64,000 bases of DNA, taken from NCBI GenBank assembly GCA_903813345.2, contig CAIIXF020000001.1:17980001-18044000 (forward strand). Reading direction: 5' to 3'. Under the pieces are notes generated by a model. It saw only the letters and a program-made list of their open reading frames with translations. It did no database searches and was not told where the DNA came from. The stretch comes from Owenia fusiformis. Its lineage: Eukaryota. Positions 38,977 to 53,430 of the stretch are shown here, in pieces (position 1 is the first letter of the stretch; each line of letters begins with the position of its first letter). A program made the position numbers and the translations under genes.

Positions 38977-39260
38977 GGCCAAACTCTAATCAAAGAAGAA
39001 GAGGAAGACAGACTTACACTCGCTTCCAGACTCTGGAACTGGAGAAAGAATTCAAATTCAACCGCTACTTGACAAGAAGGCGACGGATAGAGCTATCCCA
39101 CATGTTGTGTCTGACGGAAAGACAAATTAAAATTTGGTTCCAAAACAGAAGAATGAAAGAGAAAAAGGAGAACCAAGCGATCAAAGAGATCAACGAACAA
39201 AGTAAGACTGATCCAATACCAGCACAATCTTCACAGCGGACATTGACTAGTCCTTCGTAA
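38977..39260 (+). CDS. Lox2: Hox gene Lox2, coding exon 2 (homeodomain 38994-39173, UbdA peptide QAIKEINE 39174-39197)
   Basis: Acceptor ...ttacttcAG ends at 38976. The phase-1 join gives [74 protein letters not shown]..., stop TAA 39258-39260. PNSNQ, KFNRY, ELSHML and MKEKKE match Lox2 rather than Lox4 as I recall them. Spliced CDS is 666 nt, 221 aa. Confidence 0.95.
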
Positions 39261-40990
39261 AGCAACCTATACTTAGACTTATATGTGTGAACCTAAACAG
39301 AGCTCCCTCCAAGGGCAATCTCAGCAAGTTAACTCAACAACCACAGGCTCATGTGTTCGCTAGTCCTGATATTATTGCCAATTTGCTCTGTGGTGTGACA
39401 TTAAACTGCATATACAATTCAGCAGGTGAGGAGAACCAGACAAGGTGTGCTGCGTTTGATGTATAATGTACTGTAAATAGTCAAAGCTGTGTATAGCCCA
39501 CTGTAGGTTCTAAAAATGTAAATTTAACATGAGAAATGGCCGGGTAAATGTATTTTCACATAGAGTGGATATTTTACATGAGAAAACTGATAGTGCAACT
39601 GTGTGAAAAAATACGTATAGTTTCAATATGATGACATCTCATCGCTTAAGTGATACTGAAAAAATGTTCAAAGTACTAAAGTATCCGGGTAGGTATTGAA
39701 GAATGCGCCAGCATCATCTCCCGCCATATGCGTACCGCCATGTGCAGAATAAATGAATTCGATGGGATACAAGATGTTTTAGTTCAGTTGGTGTATATTT
39801 CCTGTTTTAATTTAAACCAAATTAGGCTTGGATGAATTCATTGTGTCGTATACGCCACTACATCGTCCGTGTAGCAGAAAGATATATAGTAGGCCGAGGA
39901 CCAATGGTTCCATCCAAGACCTTCAAATGACAATAGTTTTCTGTCATTTGCTAATTTGCTCCGTTTTCCTCTGTGAGTTGCAGTACATAAGTAATATCTG
40001 CCATTTGATAGCCTTTCAGGTAATCTGGAACTGTAAATAAAAAGTGTACATGTAATGTATCAGATCATAATTTATTTTCATTTTGTCAAAATAACGCTTT
40101 TAAAGCTGAACATAGGTGCTTTCTCATTGATATTGAACTTAGTATTCTTTCAACTATATACTATCTAGAAAGGGTAAATGTTAAACGACGAAGGGTAAAG
40201 GTTCCATTTTAATTTACGCTAGGAAAGATGATCTAAATGCATATCAAGCGTGTAAATCGCATGCATGCTTTGGTAGTATTGTTGTATGATAGGTAAATAT
40301 TGTTAGTTGTAGAAGTGTAATTAGTACACATGAAAGATCATTCTAATAATCTGCTGGGACTTCTGACACATGTTTTTCGTCGCCAACTTACTTTTATATC
40401 AAGTAATACCTCATAAATTAAACATACAATTTGATGTAATTATATTTCTGATTTGTATGTATTCGCTGCACAGCGGGACTTTGAACATGTATGATACAAT
40501 AACAGTCCTATTAAGTACATTTTCTAAATCAATAAAACGATTTCTAAGAAACAATCAACAAAAAGTAATTACAATTGCAACCACTACTTGCATATGCACA
40601 CAAGTAGTTGTGAAATGCTGTTCTTGTAACACATTAAAGAAAAGATGTAGATTCACTTGTGGTCATCACCACAACACGATTAAGCAATTTTCACAATGTG
40701 CCATTGTTTTAGTTTTTCTCCGCATATATAAGATCAAACAGTAATCATGTAGCTATTACCAATGATGCATAGCTTTGTGGCTAGTGATGGGCAATTTATA
40801 TGCGTTTGTTCCATATACAAATGTCATGTATGTGTACAAACGTTTGTCAAAGGATAAAGTTCTAACATTAAATGAGAAACTAATGCAACTATTTATAGTG
40901 TGTATCATCTTATTTGTAATTTATATCAATAATGGATGTTATAGATAATTGGTATATGTAAAATAAAACGTCAGTATGTAATTTCAATCG
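39261..40990 (+). promoter_or_regulatory. Probable Lox2 3' UTR with several candidate polyadenylation signals
   Basis: AATAAA at 39748, 40036, 40531 and 40962. The last has upstream TGTA and a downstream GT/T-rich tract (tcgtgtgttgcctttt), so it is the best distal site. The actual 3' end cannot be determined from sequence. Confidence 0.5.
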
Positions 40991-41354
40991 TGTGTTGCCT
41001 TTTTAATATATAAACAAAACATTGAAAATGAGACCCAACAGATATACATATGTATAATGAACACATATGACGATTTACATATATTCCATAAATCAGGGCA
41101 AGATATACTATTTACCCAGATACTGCGGTGCATTAGTTATCCTTTTATTACCCCCATATACCGCTGGCGAGACAGCTCAATATGAATTGTGCATGCACAG
41201 AAAACGTTTACTTTGAAATGTTTACCATTGTCAGTCCAATAACAATACGTGCCACAATAAAGGCGTCAATTCAATCAGTTGACTTCTGGCTTTTCCATGC
41301 AATAGTTGTATTATTAATTTTCCCTTGGTGATTGTGTTTGACAATTGTGTTTAA

Positions 41355-42140
41355 GTGGCTGTCCCTTATACGGTTATCCTTCCCTTTTGCTTTATTTTTC
41401 ATTATACAGTTGTCCCTTTTACAGTTCTGATTTGGTTGAACTTTTGGTTGTCCATTTTTGGTTGTCCCTTTCACAATGTGTTTCTGTGCCTTTTGTTATT
41501 TTGTTTCCTTTTCGACTGTCCTTTCGACGGTGCGTTTGTGTTGGGTTTGATATTTGTTTCTTACCTGATTGCCCTTTCCAAATTGTGTTTGCGTGGCTGT
41601 TTGATGTTTGCTTAGTCTTGTATCTCTTTGGCCTTTGATAGTTCGTTCGTCATGTGAGTCCTTTCAACTGCGTTGGTGAGGCGGTTTAATATTTTGTGCA
41701 TCGAGATGACTGGCCTTTCTAGAGTATGTTTTTCCTGAATGTGCTTGGTATTATGTGCGTTGTTTTCTACAGAGAAATTTCGAAGTGATATTGTATCTTA
41801 ACACTAATTGTTTCTCCTGTGTGTTATGTGAATCGTTCTACTTTGATAAGGCATTTTAATGTCTTGTGTTGCATTCTGAGTATTTTGTTCTTGGGATACG
41901 AGTACTTGTCCCTTCCCAGGCGCATAAGTGACTATTTTTGGCATTCTGAGTATTTTTTCCTTTGATATTTGTCCCTTCCTAGGCGCTTTAGTGTGACTAT
42001 TATTTTGGCATCTGAGTATTTTGTTCCTTGGATAGTTTCCTTCTTAGGTCCGTTAGTCTGCATGATTTAGTAGACTGGGTATTTTTATCCTTATTTGTCC
42101 TTAGTTGTGTTAACTTTAAGTTGGTATTCTAGGTATTTTT
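41355..42140. repeat. Degenerate T-rich tandem repeats downstream of Lox2
   Basis: Recurrent (t/c)tgtcccttt at 41360-41580 and gcattctgagtatttt...gtcccttcc units at 41870-42140. Confidence 0.6.
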
Positions 42141-45100
42141 TAAGATAGTTTTCTTATGACAATTCTACACTTAGTTCGCTTTTCTTGCAAGGTTTATTTA
42201 AAGTTTTTGGTCTTTTCCATTTGGCACTTGTGCTAATATATTTGTAGCTTGGATATAAACCATACTATTTTGAAACTTTAATTGTGTAATTGTTTAGTGT
42301 ACAAACTGGACAATGAAAAAAAATCTGAAACTGCATATTTCATAATGACTCAGTCCCAAAATCCAAAGGCAAAACTAGGTCACATTCAAAATAAATAATA
42401 AAGAGTAATTCGCAAAGTGTTAACATGACTGATTATTGGGTACACAATTAGAAAGTTGTTTGAAATATCAAATTTTCTGCAATTATATGATACAATATAT
42501 CAGTAGCATCCACCAAATGCTGTAATTTGAATATTTCTTGGGACAACCGTACCGCGAGGCTTGGTTGTCATGGACGTAAGTAGGGTGCACGGTTTACTTT
42601 TGGGAAAATTATTGAATTTTACTTCAGATATATGTCACGGTGCATGTGGTAATCTATAGTCAAACTGAAGCATCATTGTACTGCTTTTAATAAAAGAAAG
42701 TAACGTTGTTGGGCAACATAAGACTGCACATACTGTGGATACACGTCGCACGAAACTCGGGACAATTGGCGTAACATTATGGCGTCAAAATACCAAAACA
42801 AACAATGCGCAGTATAGGGCGCAAACATTCTTACAACGTCAAAAACGAAGAGCTACACACGTCATATGGAATAATTTGTTATTAATTACTTATCAAATGC
42901 CATATTATTCTTTAAATTGAAATAAATCTTTTTTAGTTTTGTACTTTTGTACTTTAATACCCATGTTATAGACTTTGAAACCGATACTGTCAAATTGACA
43001 ATGACATTAAAAATCATACTAAATCAAGCATTTTCTGATTTCTGATTCAAATATCAAAAGTGGTGATTCTAATTGTAACTTTAATAACGCATTTATTAAG
43101 ATGGTTTTTGTGTAAGAACTCTCACAAAAATAAGTCAAAACAATACAAGTGTGTCAATGAAAAGTATTTTATTCGCTTGGGATATGAAACGTCACAGAAA
43201 TATATTGACTAAATTGTAATTTGACGTCGTGTTATTGTCACTCAACCGAATCTTGTAAAATAGAACATATACAATGTACAATCTGTACACACCAGTGACT
43301 AATCAAACGTGTAATCAAAACAATTGTTATTGCTATATACGAGAGAAAGTCACCAATAAATCGTCAGCAAGCATATTTAGTGTCTAAAAACTATTAGATC
43401 AAATATAACGACTCTAATCAGGTGTGGAGATTTATCATTTGTAGGCTAAAAGGCTTCAGAGAACCTATTAAATTGCAGTTGTCCGATTGCAGTATGTCAT
43501 GCCAAAAACATATCTAATTTGTCAAGTTGATTGAATACTTTCTTCGGTATTATTGATGCAACTGATCTATTATATGAACTATGGTATAGTGTTTTATTGT
43601 TGCTTGCATATGTCATGTAAAAACATAATCTTCCATGTATTTTTATCAATTTGTCGCCAGAATTTTGATATGTTTTTAACATGCGCAGACTGATACATCA
43701 AGCATTGTCGGTCGTTTGTCATAAGTCATATATTGCCTACCAGTAGCCTTCTCGCATGCAGATGGTTTATATAATATAGAACCTATAACGGTTTTGACTA
43801 TGATGTTTTTTATATTTATCATAAATAACATTCACCATTCATCATATTACGCAGATAAACAAATGTAGGAATATATGTGCAGAACGCACGCCCGGAACGA
43901 CAATTAGCTTTCAAAGTGTCATTATTTTATTATCCTGGTGAATTGTTTTTTCTTAATTGTATCACCATTGTGGTAAGTCGTCCTCCATTCCAGCTGTGCT
44001 TGTGATTTCACTCCAGATGCGTTCAACAACATTTGCAGTCTAATTGGTCCCGGTTTACATGAATCTAAAGACATTTTAGACATTTACATAGTTATATCTC
44101 ACCAAGACGAGCATTTTGTTTGTACGTGTTAATTATGCAATATCGGACTAAAAAATAAATGTGACAAAAGTTCAAATTATGAGAATTAGAGATGGTTTCG
44201 GAATTGTATGAGTTATCCATCACTGAGTCCTCCTGGTATAGCATTGTAAAGCCACATTTAGCCAGACACAGCGTGGAAATTAAAATACCCAAAATGGAAG
44301 TACCTATCATATTCCATTTGGAACTTTTAGATAAATGATTTTTTGCAAGTCACCTACCCTTTTCACTGAATATTTTTTGCACCCACCTGAAAATACATTT
44401 GCACCCACTTGAAAATGAGAGAAATCGTGAAAAATTGGCATATGTTGACCAATTTTGGTCTAAATTGTGAAAATGAGAATTTTGCACCCACTTCAGAAAA
44501 AGACATGTGGAGATCACTGTAGATACTGAAATCATTAGATGTATAGAATATTAAGGCTGCAAAAATTAGAGCACAGTGGTGGGGAAATAGTTAATCAAAA
44601 TATCAATGTCTGGTAATTTGTGAAATTCCAAGAGGATGCTGTAATATAAACTCTAATAACATATCTAAAACCTGAGTATTTGTGCCACTTTTTCCTTGAG
44701 TATTCATTGAAAATTGTTGATATTTGTGAAGTTTTTCTTTCGAAATGCATATTGCTGGATCACAGAACCTTGCCTTGTTCGAGATGCACGAAAGTGTATT
44801 GTTTATACTTGAAGTCGTTTGGATATTTGGATGTGATTCCAACTTAATTTTTGAAAGCCAAATACGATGGTCACTAATTGATGATTTAGGTCAAACGTTG
44901 ATGCATACTTCATATGTGTACATTAACTGTCTAATAGATGCCGACTTACATGTATATAAATCTCCAAAGTTCATTTTCATGAACATTTCATTTTAATTTA
45001 TAATTATGGTATCGGAGTTGAGTATGATTTTAGATGAGGCTCAAGCAAAGCAATTCAAATGTATGAAACGTCTTGTTAAAATTCGAACGATTTTCGAAGA

Positions 45101-45327
45101 ATCCTCCTTCAAAGTGTTACTAAAATGCTCCCTTGAATGTAAATTTCGTCTTGTGCAATCAAAATAACAGAGGTTAGTTTGAATTTTTGTTTGAGTTTAA
45201 AAATTTTAAAACACATCATCTCATTGAAAGGTACATGCAGTTTTTGGCGATCCATCATGATAGGAGGATTAATATTGTGAACAACACGAGTTGACACGGT
45301 CCTGACTGAATTGCATCATTTACCAAT

Positions 45328-45650
45328 TTCACAGTCTTCAGTTTCAAGCGTCCTCGTAACATCCGACAGTGGGATTAAAAATTACCACTCATCATTATTT
45401 CAACGATTTCACTGAGTCTTCAGTTTCAGGTTTTCTCGTATCATCCGACAGTGTGATTAAAAAATACCACTCATCATTATTCCAACGATTTCACTGAGTC
45501 TTCAGTTTCAAGTCTCCTCATAACATCCGATGGTGGGATTAAAAATTACCACTCATCATTATTTTAACGATTTCACCGAGTTTTCAGTTTCGAGTGTCCT
45601 CGTAACATCCGATGGTGGGATTAAAAATTACCACTCATCATTATCTCAAC
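45328..45650. repeat. 82-bp tandem repeat, ~4 copies
   Basis: ATCCGA recurs at 45361, 45443, 45525 and 45607. Confidence 0.92.
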
Positions 45651-45756
45651 AGCTCACCATTGCACTAATATATACATGTACAGAATATATTTTCAATTAA
45701 CCATTGACTTTCTTGATTCTAGCGTGGTCTGACATTTTCTGCTCAAGAAAGACTAA

Positions 45757-46246
45757 CACCCCAGTCACATTTGTCGTAAGGCGGCCGTACGTCGACCGCA
45801 GATCAATTAAATCAGTGTATTTCTGCGGCGAGCGTAGGAAAACTACGCTCGCCTTGCGGGCTCCGTACGGCGTATCCAGTTTTTTAAAGGCCGCAGGGTC
45901 GCCGTAGAAATTATATCTCGGAGTTATAATATCTGTTCATTTCTGAGGTCCCCGTAGAAATCAACTGGCTCAACAAGATTGAATTATTATTTGACAATGT
46001 TTCACGATCACTTTTCATTTGATATTACATCCTAGCACTATGAAAAACATTTATAATTTGCCCTGATGTAAATACAATGAAAAAAGTATTATTTATCAAC
46101 AAAAACTTTAAATTCACCGTGCGGCTGCCGTGGGAAATGTGACTACAAAAGCATGAGAGCGCAGAAATTCTACGGCGAGCGTAGAAAAGCTACTGGCCGC
46201 AGAAATGATAGACCGCACGGCGGCCGTGGGAAATGTGACTGGGATG
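45757..46246. mobile_element. Harbinger-like MITE (~490 bp; superfamily inferred)
   Basis: TIR CACCCCAGTCACATTT / AAATGTGACTGGGATG (15/16), TAA on the left flank, CpG-rich subterminal repeats (cggcgagcgtag, ggccg). Confidence 0.65.
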
Positions 46247-48550
46247 GTAGACTCACAGAGACTTCGTCAGAATGGGACTTTATTTTTGAAAAAGGGACCT
46301 TTATTTTCGGAGTGGGGTAAATTATTTCTTATGGATTTATTCAAATAACAATACTGGTTGAAACCTCTGTCAGATTTGACCTTCCCCAAACTACCCCAAA
46401 CGTTCTCACATCATCTTAATCAATCGGGATATTTCATTTCTAAGGAAGGTCGAATTTCTGATTTTGGGTCAGTATTTGGCTACCCCCAGTTCTGGGCATG
46501 TGTCCCACTCGCGCATTTGATGTTCTTTCAAAGTATTTTTGTGATGTATTGCTATTCTAGATTTACTACACAAGAATCTGCTATGACAACACGCATCCCT
46601 GCTATTACATTGTTTATGTATCATAAATACAAGCAGCTGATGTGCTAGTCTTCCAGGCATGAGATTGTTTAATGTTTATTGAGATTATGTAAACTGATTG
46701 AATACCGACAATGCAGAATGTAGGGGGTAGACATTACGCACCATGTACACATAACGTATATGTTATATATTTGAATAAAATAACTTCACGTACTATACGT
46801 CAACCGAAGATGGGAACGTGAAGAAAATCATCTTTACTTGACCAATATGAAGCAAAGAAGTCTAAGGTCCGTATATAAAATATATGCATTTGCACAATGA
46901 TCTTTCTCCAGTTTGACTTCGCCTCTCTTTATAGAACTTCATTGAAAAATACTACGCTTAAAGGGAACCTGTATGCGATGGTTATAAATCTCAATGGTCA
47001 TAAAATAAAAAATATGTACGTGTAATTTACGGGCCATATAACATTATTTAATGTTTTAATAAAAAAGTATTTGCAATATGCATCTAAACTAGCTCATAGA
47101 CTCAATTTTATATATTTTAATCATCGATATACACGTACATTTTTAAATACAGCTCAAAAGTCAAATCCCAAGGTTAACTAACGATTGTTTTATTACGCAC
47201 ATTGTCTTGGCGTGTGTTACACCCGCACCCTGGTACCATATTGAATAGTAACATCCCGTTCAAGAAGTCGGCGTAGACCTGTTTCACGAGATGCATTTGT
47301 GAATGGTTTCAGATCCGTTAATTAAATGTTCTTTATTTTATTCGAGTTAATCTCGTGAGTGTATTATTTTCAATAATTAAAATACCATAAAGAGGGACGA
47401 AATGTAATAGCAATATTTTCAGTTATCAGCAATATTTAACTATTCATCATCACATATGTACATAGATGTGTTTACAAATTAGAAATTATGAAAAGTTTGT
47501 CATTTTAAAATATCTTCAAAAATGATTACATTAATTTATAAGTCAGGGTTTTCTTTTAAAATATACATATTATTCGAATTTGTAAAATCGTTGAATGGGT
47601 TAAAGCGGTGTACATAATGTTTAAAACATGTATTTGAGAATTACTTTTAAATGAATTCACATCTCAACTCTCTTATCATCTGCACAGAAATGTCCGAGAG
47701 AGATGTTTTAAACGTCAATGCTTTTCTTGTGTATAGACGACTTGAATCCGTGGAAAAGATGATGGTACTGTACGCATGTTGTTTATACCGCTTAACATTA
47801 ATTGAATTGTTAGACATTTCAATCACAAAGAATCAGTATGGGAATTAATCCTACATTATTGCTTGCATATATCGATCTCTTGGATTTTGTCAATAAACAA
47901 TAATTAGTGACACTGCATTTCAAATGGGATTTTAAGCTGCTTTGTTGTAATATTTAAAATTATGGGCCCTTTGGCTTATGAACCCATAACTACCGCGACC
48001 CTGTGTCTTAATTAGGATCTGGTTCGTGAAGATTTATCCGCAAAACCTAATAAATGGGAATACTTTTATACATTTCTAAGATTTCTTAACGGAGATTCTA
48101 CGCAAAACGGTAACATTACTGCAAGACGATGTTAAATATAAACACACCTTCCACGTGCACGCCCTTTGTCTTTGGTTTGTAGAGAGTTTATATCGTATAC
48201 ACGTTTGAGTAAACGTTGACATGAATTCACTTGCATTTTCTCTAAAAGTGCTGGATTCTATAAAATACCAGGATGTGTAACATAATGAATTTATTGATCT
48301 ATAAAGATTGCTCAGAGAAACACTTACATTTTTGTGGTAAGGGGCTTGGAGATTTCTACACTTTAACTGCTTCAATACAGTCACATCAATTCAAAGTTCC
48401 GACTACTGTATTGCTGTATCTCATGCGATTGCTGGTTTATCTTTTGAAATGTATCTTGGTGTGTGCATTTGTATTCTTTAAACATATTTACAAAGAGCAT
48501 CGTTTGGAACTGATATTATGGTCTTAATGATATATTGAGGAAATGGGAAA

Positions 48551-48760
48551 CAGGGGCGGATCTGAGAATAAAAAGGAGGGAGACCAACATTGTGGGCCAA
48601 AATTCAGAAAGTTCGGGCCCAAGTTTTGAAAATTAAAACATAATGTCCACTAATGTCAGTTTGTTACCTAAATGGCCCAATTTATTTGGTCAATTTTAAA
48701 AAAGAATACAGGGCCCATTTTAAGGGGCGTCTATGCCCGCTTCTAAAATGTGCATCTACA
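48551..48760. mobile_element. MITE remnant beginning CAGGGGCGGATC
   Basis: 5' terminus of a type common in invertebrate MITEs, with internal gggccc motifs; the right end is degenerate. A related right end, GGATCCGCCAGTG, lies at 5761-5773. Confidence 0.45.
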
Positions 48761-49729
48761 TTGCATACAGCATCGCTAACCGTTTTTACACGAACCGTCA
48801 GAATAGCAAGTGTATGAGCGTCATGATTTCTTTTGCTGAGATGAATTCTTCTTTCAAATGGTTTATTGACTGTGAACTATTTGAATCATTGCCTTAGATA
48901 TTTCCTTTTTAAGTATTGTACAACACACGCCATCCAAAGGATAGGCAACCCAAAGATTGCAGTTGACCTTGGTACCATTAATTAAATGCTCGTTTTATGT
49001 CCGTTATTATTCACTTCTCGAATCCATGAGAAAGTGAGGGCGACAGATTCATTGCGCTAGACCATCTGAGCCAGACGGAAAAGCTATAAAAATTGTTCCA
49101 CTAAACAAAGTGTATTAATGTATACATGACCAAAGGGATTATTATTCGCTCATTAATGTAAGTCCCTGACCTTGAAAATATGCGATTGCTGTAGACTGAT
49201 GGTCATGTTGTAGTAATTAAATGTAATAATGATAAATGATGATCAATGATTATTGCGATGTCTCAATAAGCTGAAGTCGTTTGTACATGAATAAACTGCA
49301 ACATGATTTTGTGAAATTCATGTTTTTTCCCAAATATTCTACTTTCACTATATTCATTATTTCTCTGATTATATTTCATTTACCTGCATATGCAGTAATC
49401 ATTATACCATTAATCTAATGATTAATCTTAATGATAATATATTAATATGCTGGTATAATTTTGTTAACAATTTACTTAAATACTAAGATCAACTAACTCA
49501 ACGGAAAAATCATTTTAAAAATATGAACAAACATTAAATGGATATAATGAAGAGTCAACTCTTCCAGAATAATGTTGTGTTGGTTGTGCGTTAGCAGGAT
49601 TGCATACATTAACACATGCACACATTTTATATACCACCCATTCACTAAAGATGTGTAGAATTCAGCCACCCATCTTGGTAACCAGTGCAACATTCTAGGA
49701 TACTCTGATACACGACGATAAAGCACACA

Positions 49730-51095
49730 GAATGGTACGACACTACAAGATGCAAGCAGACCAACACAACCCAAACCTTAACATGACACGACACGACACT
49801 GCACGATAGCTGTAAGACAATACAACATGACACAACACAGTACAAGATAGAATACAAAGAATACAAGACAACACAACACAACGTTTTACATAACTAAGTG
49901 CGACATTGCAAGATATAATGTAAGACAACACAAAGACACACAACATCGTACGAAACCGGAATACACAAATAATAGAATACAAGATAATTCAACGCATAAC
50001 ATAGTAAAGCATTGCACGCTGGATACAGTACAACACAAGACCTAACATCACAGAACACTGTAAGATATAATGCAAGACAACTCAAGGCACAACATGTAAA
50101 ACATTGCAATCTGGGATACAAGCCAGCGCAACTCACAGCATAGTTAAACATTGAAAGCTAGAATACAAGACAACACAATACAACTCACAACATAGTAAAA
50201 CATTGCAAGATAGAACACAAGACAACACAACTCACAACATAGTAAAACATTGCAAGATAGAATACAAGACAACACAATACAACTCACAACATAGTAAAAC
50301 ATTGCAAGATAGAACACAAGACAACACAACTCACAACATAGTAAAACATTGCAAGATACAAGACAAAACAACTCCCAAATTAGTAAAACATCGCAAGATA
50401 GAATACAAGACAACACAATACAACTCACAACATAGTAAAACATTGCAAGATAGAACACAAGACAACACAACTCACAACATAGTAAAACATTGCAAGATAC
50501 AAGACAAAACAACTCCCAAATTAGTAACACATCGCAAGATAGAATACAAAACATACAAGACCCACAACATGGAAAACTGCAAGGTAGAATGCAGTGCAAC
50601 GTAAAACGACAAAGAACGACACTTCAATATGCAAGACAACTTAACACACAACATAGTACGATAGACAACATCTTACGATACGACACTGTTAGCTAGAATG
50701 CAAGGCAACAAAACAATCTTAGACACTCCAAGGTAGAATGCAAGACAACATAACAATGTGGATATAAGACACACAGAACACACAACCAGGTCGACACTAC
50801 ATGACTTATGACAACACAACAGACATCGTATGCCGCATCATAGACAAACACAGTTTATAACACATACTAGTAAACATTTTTATATGTTTGATAGCTTTGC
50901 TGCAGAGTGGATGTAAGCCATCAAAACATACAACATGATATGATATGGAAGAGGAAGTGCAAGGGAAAACAACACGCAACACAGTACAACAAACTCCAGA
51001 AAATAAATAACACAACACAAAACATTTAATTGCACAGCAGAAGGATACCAGAGAACACAACACACGACTGAACACGAGGCAATACACAACATAGT
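49730..51095. repeat. A/C-rich pentamer-derived tandem repeat with a homogeneous core of ~47-52-bp units (50160-50545)
   Basis: Unit caagacaacacaa(tacaa)ctcacaacatagtaaaacattgcaagatagaa is repeated; it explains the repetitive ORFs on both strands. Confidence 0.9.
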
Positions 51096-52954
51096 TCAAA
51101 GTTGACCATCATGGTCAGGGAAATAGTTACACCTCGAAGCCTGAATTTCTCATTCATAATTTGCAATCTACGCCATAATTTATAACCACACGACCTAATA
51201 TTGCACATGGCACCGACACAACACTCCAAAGCTCCATATAGTTTGAAAACATACCACTGCACTTAGATGTTAGATAGGAAAGAAGCGCAGGGATAAGATC
51301 TTCAAAGAAGGCATTTATCCTATTAAAACTCCCAAGCTATTTCAAAGACTCCGTAAATCAATTCTACCCTTTCATAATTGAAAATAATCGTCTTTTTTCT
51401 CTAAATATTTTAAGTTAGTTGAAGTGCCTAGCTTTTAAGTGCCTCGTTATATATTATTTATATAATGCTCTGTAATCGAGTTTAGGGCACTTGTTTTGGA
51501 TAACCAATCGGTTTGATGGGCCATATCTATTTAGGCGAGGTGAAAGTGTAAGTAATAGCGCTAAATTACGGAAACAAGAGTATGTAAGCGATAGTTGCAG
51601 AAAGATATGGCACGCATTGTTTATTAGATTCTATGAGATCTTGTGTTTTTTTTAAGTTTAAACATTATTAAATCGTAAACTATTTTCAATTATGGTGATA
51701 GGTTCCTAAATCTATGAGGTACTGCCTCGAAAATCTCTAGATGGTCCTTAAAATGATTAAGATTGACGGTTTAAAATGTTTGATACTAACAGAAATTGTT
51801 TTGGATTCATTTATTTTTTGCTAGCTAAGGTATTTTTGCGTTTGTCCCTGTCTTTGGTCTTTGTTACCGTGTGTGCTGCACCTGTCAGTCTTCATGTTAG
51901 CCCGAAAATTAAGGAGTGTGGGTAAATGGAACATCGTCGCAGACATATGAAGGTCAATAAATTTAATGTGTAGTCCATGATCAGTTGATACCACATATAG
52001 TACGAGGGTTGTATGATAACATCTCAATAGTTGTCCGTGTCTTTAAGTGATAGATGGCGATGATATTATATTTCTAGTATATCACACGATGACAAAAACC
52101 AACTGGACAATATATTTCACTTTCTAATATTTCCAAAGGAGCACGTTGGTTATCGCAATGAATTTCAGAAGGTTATATCTTGGATTATGACTATTTTCTG
52201 ACAATGGAGACAGGTTTATCTTTTAGATCAATTCATTGTCTCAAAGAAAATTATATACAGTAATAATAAAATCAAACAAACTCGGAGATATTTAACTAGA
52301 AATCAACCCATCAAGACACTTTTCAAAGATGTTGACCTCATTTTCACCAAAAATGCAATCATTTTTACATTGTTTAATGCATTACTATTCTTTATTTTAA
52401 TGTATCAAATATTTCTTGAAAGAAAAGCGTAATTGCTTTAAGATAAGTGTCCCCCATGTTATTTCTCCATTGAAAAACCTCATGCTATCCATTGGTTTCA
52501 GTTCATTTTGGTCATCCAAATTTAGTATCTTTAAAGTCCCTGGGGCAAATTCTAATTATGCATTCAACAATATAATAAAAGGTTGCATTTTGGTGAAAAT
52601 TAGGTCGACATTTTTGAAAAAGTATGTTGATTGGTCCATTGCCCCTTCAATATCACATAGGTCTGATTAACTAAATTATCATTATATTTACTTTTCTTGA
52701 AGATAATGAATGGATCTAAACGATACGCCCTTGTTCATGATCAGAAATATTCATAATTCAAGTTAGAATCGTTTGAAATTGTTTGCGATAACCTACGTGC
52801 TCCTTTTTAAGTCAAATTTTGCACTAAGAAGCGAAGAGTGTTGCTCATTCTTAACAAGAGGCAAAATCACCTTCTACTGGTAATTATCAAAACACCCAGC
52901 TGTTTTTGGTGTATAAAAGAAGTTATTCACCACAAGGGATTTGATATGGGGAAT

Positions 52955-53430
52955 AACACAAGGATGATATTAATATGTCACGAGGGGACGCAGTGACTGA
53001 GGAAAATATTTAAATCATCCTATATCAATTATCGTCCATGGTTTGAATTATACCATAATCAGAGATCACTATGACATGAGGTATATATATAACGTTGATA
53101 AAAATGATATATCTATAGCTTTTTTGCTATATACCCGTATATCCCGCTTATTTCCCTTCCGGGGAAAACAGATAAGAATACTAAATCCAACACTCTTGAA
53201 AATGAGTGCTCATTCAGAATATGATTGTTATTAAGGTGTGGTTAAGCTATTAAGACTTTTATTTACATTTGCATCATTTTAATGTTGGCAATTGTTTAAC
53301 TGTTAATTGATTATTATGGTATTAAAAGTTCATACTCCGGTAGGTATTGTATGCTGGGTCGATCTATCCTTCAGCATGATATGGTATCTCCCCTTGGTCC
53401 CCTCGGTCCCCTAAGGTATATTATATCATC
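52955..53430. mobile_element. Degenerate remnants related to the same foldback family
   Basis: Hairpin 52961-53020 with apex gaggggacgcagtgactgagg, and 53386-53426 cccttggtcccctcggtcccctaaggtatattatatc, resemble the apices at 11113-11134 and 11253-11275. Confidence 0.45.

Noticed and set aside
38977-39260. Assignment as Lox4, Ubx or abd-A
   Set aside because: KFNRY, ELSHML and MKEKKE fit Lox2; Lox4/Ubx/abd-A have NHY, AHAL and MKLKKE, and there is no TDWM motif.
39065-39265. Antisense ORF over the homeobox
   Set aside because: It is a shadow frame of the Lox2 exon.
49493-51262. Cys/Val/Leu-rich and Thr/Gln/Lys-rich ORFs up to 151 aa
   Set aside because: They are translations of the low-complexity tandem repeat on both strands.
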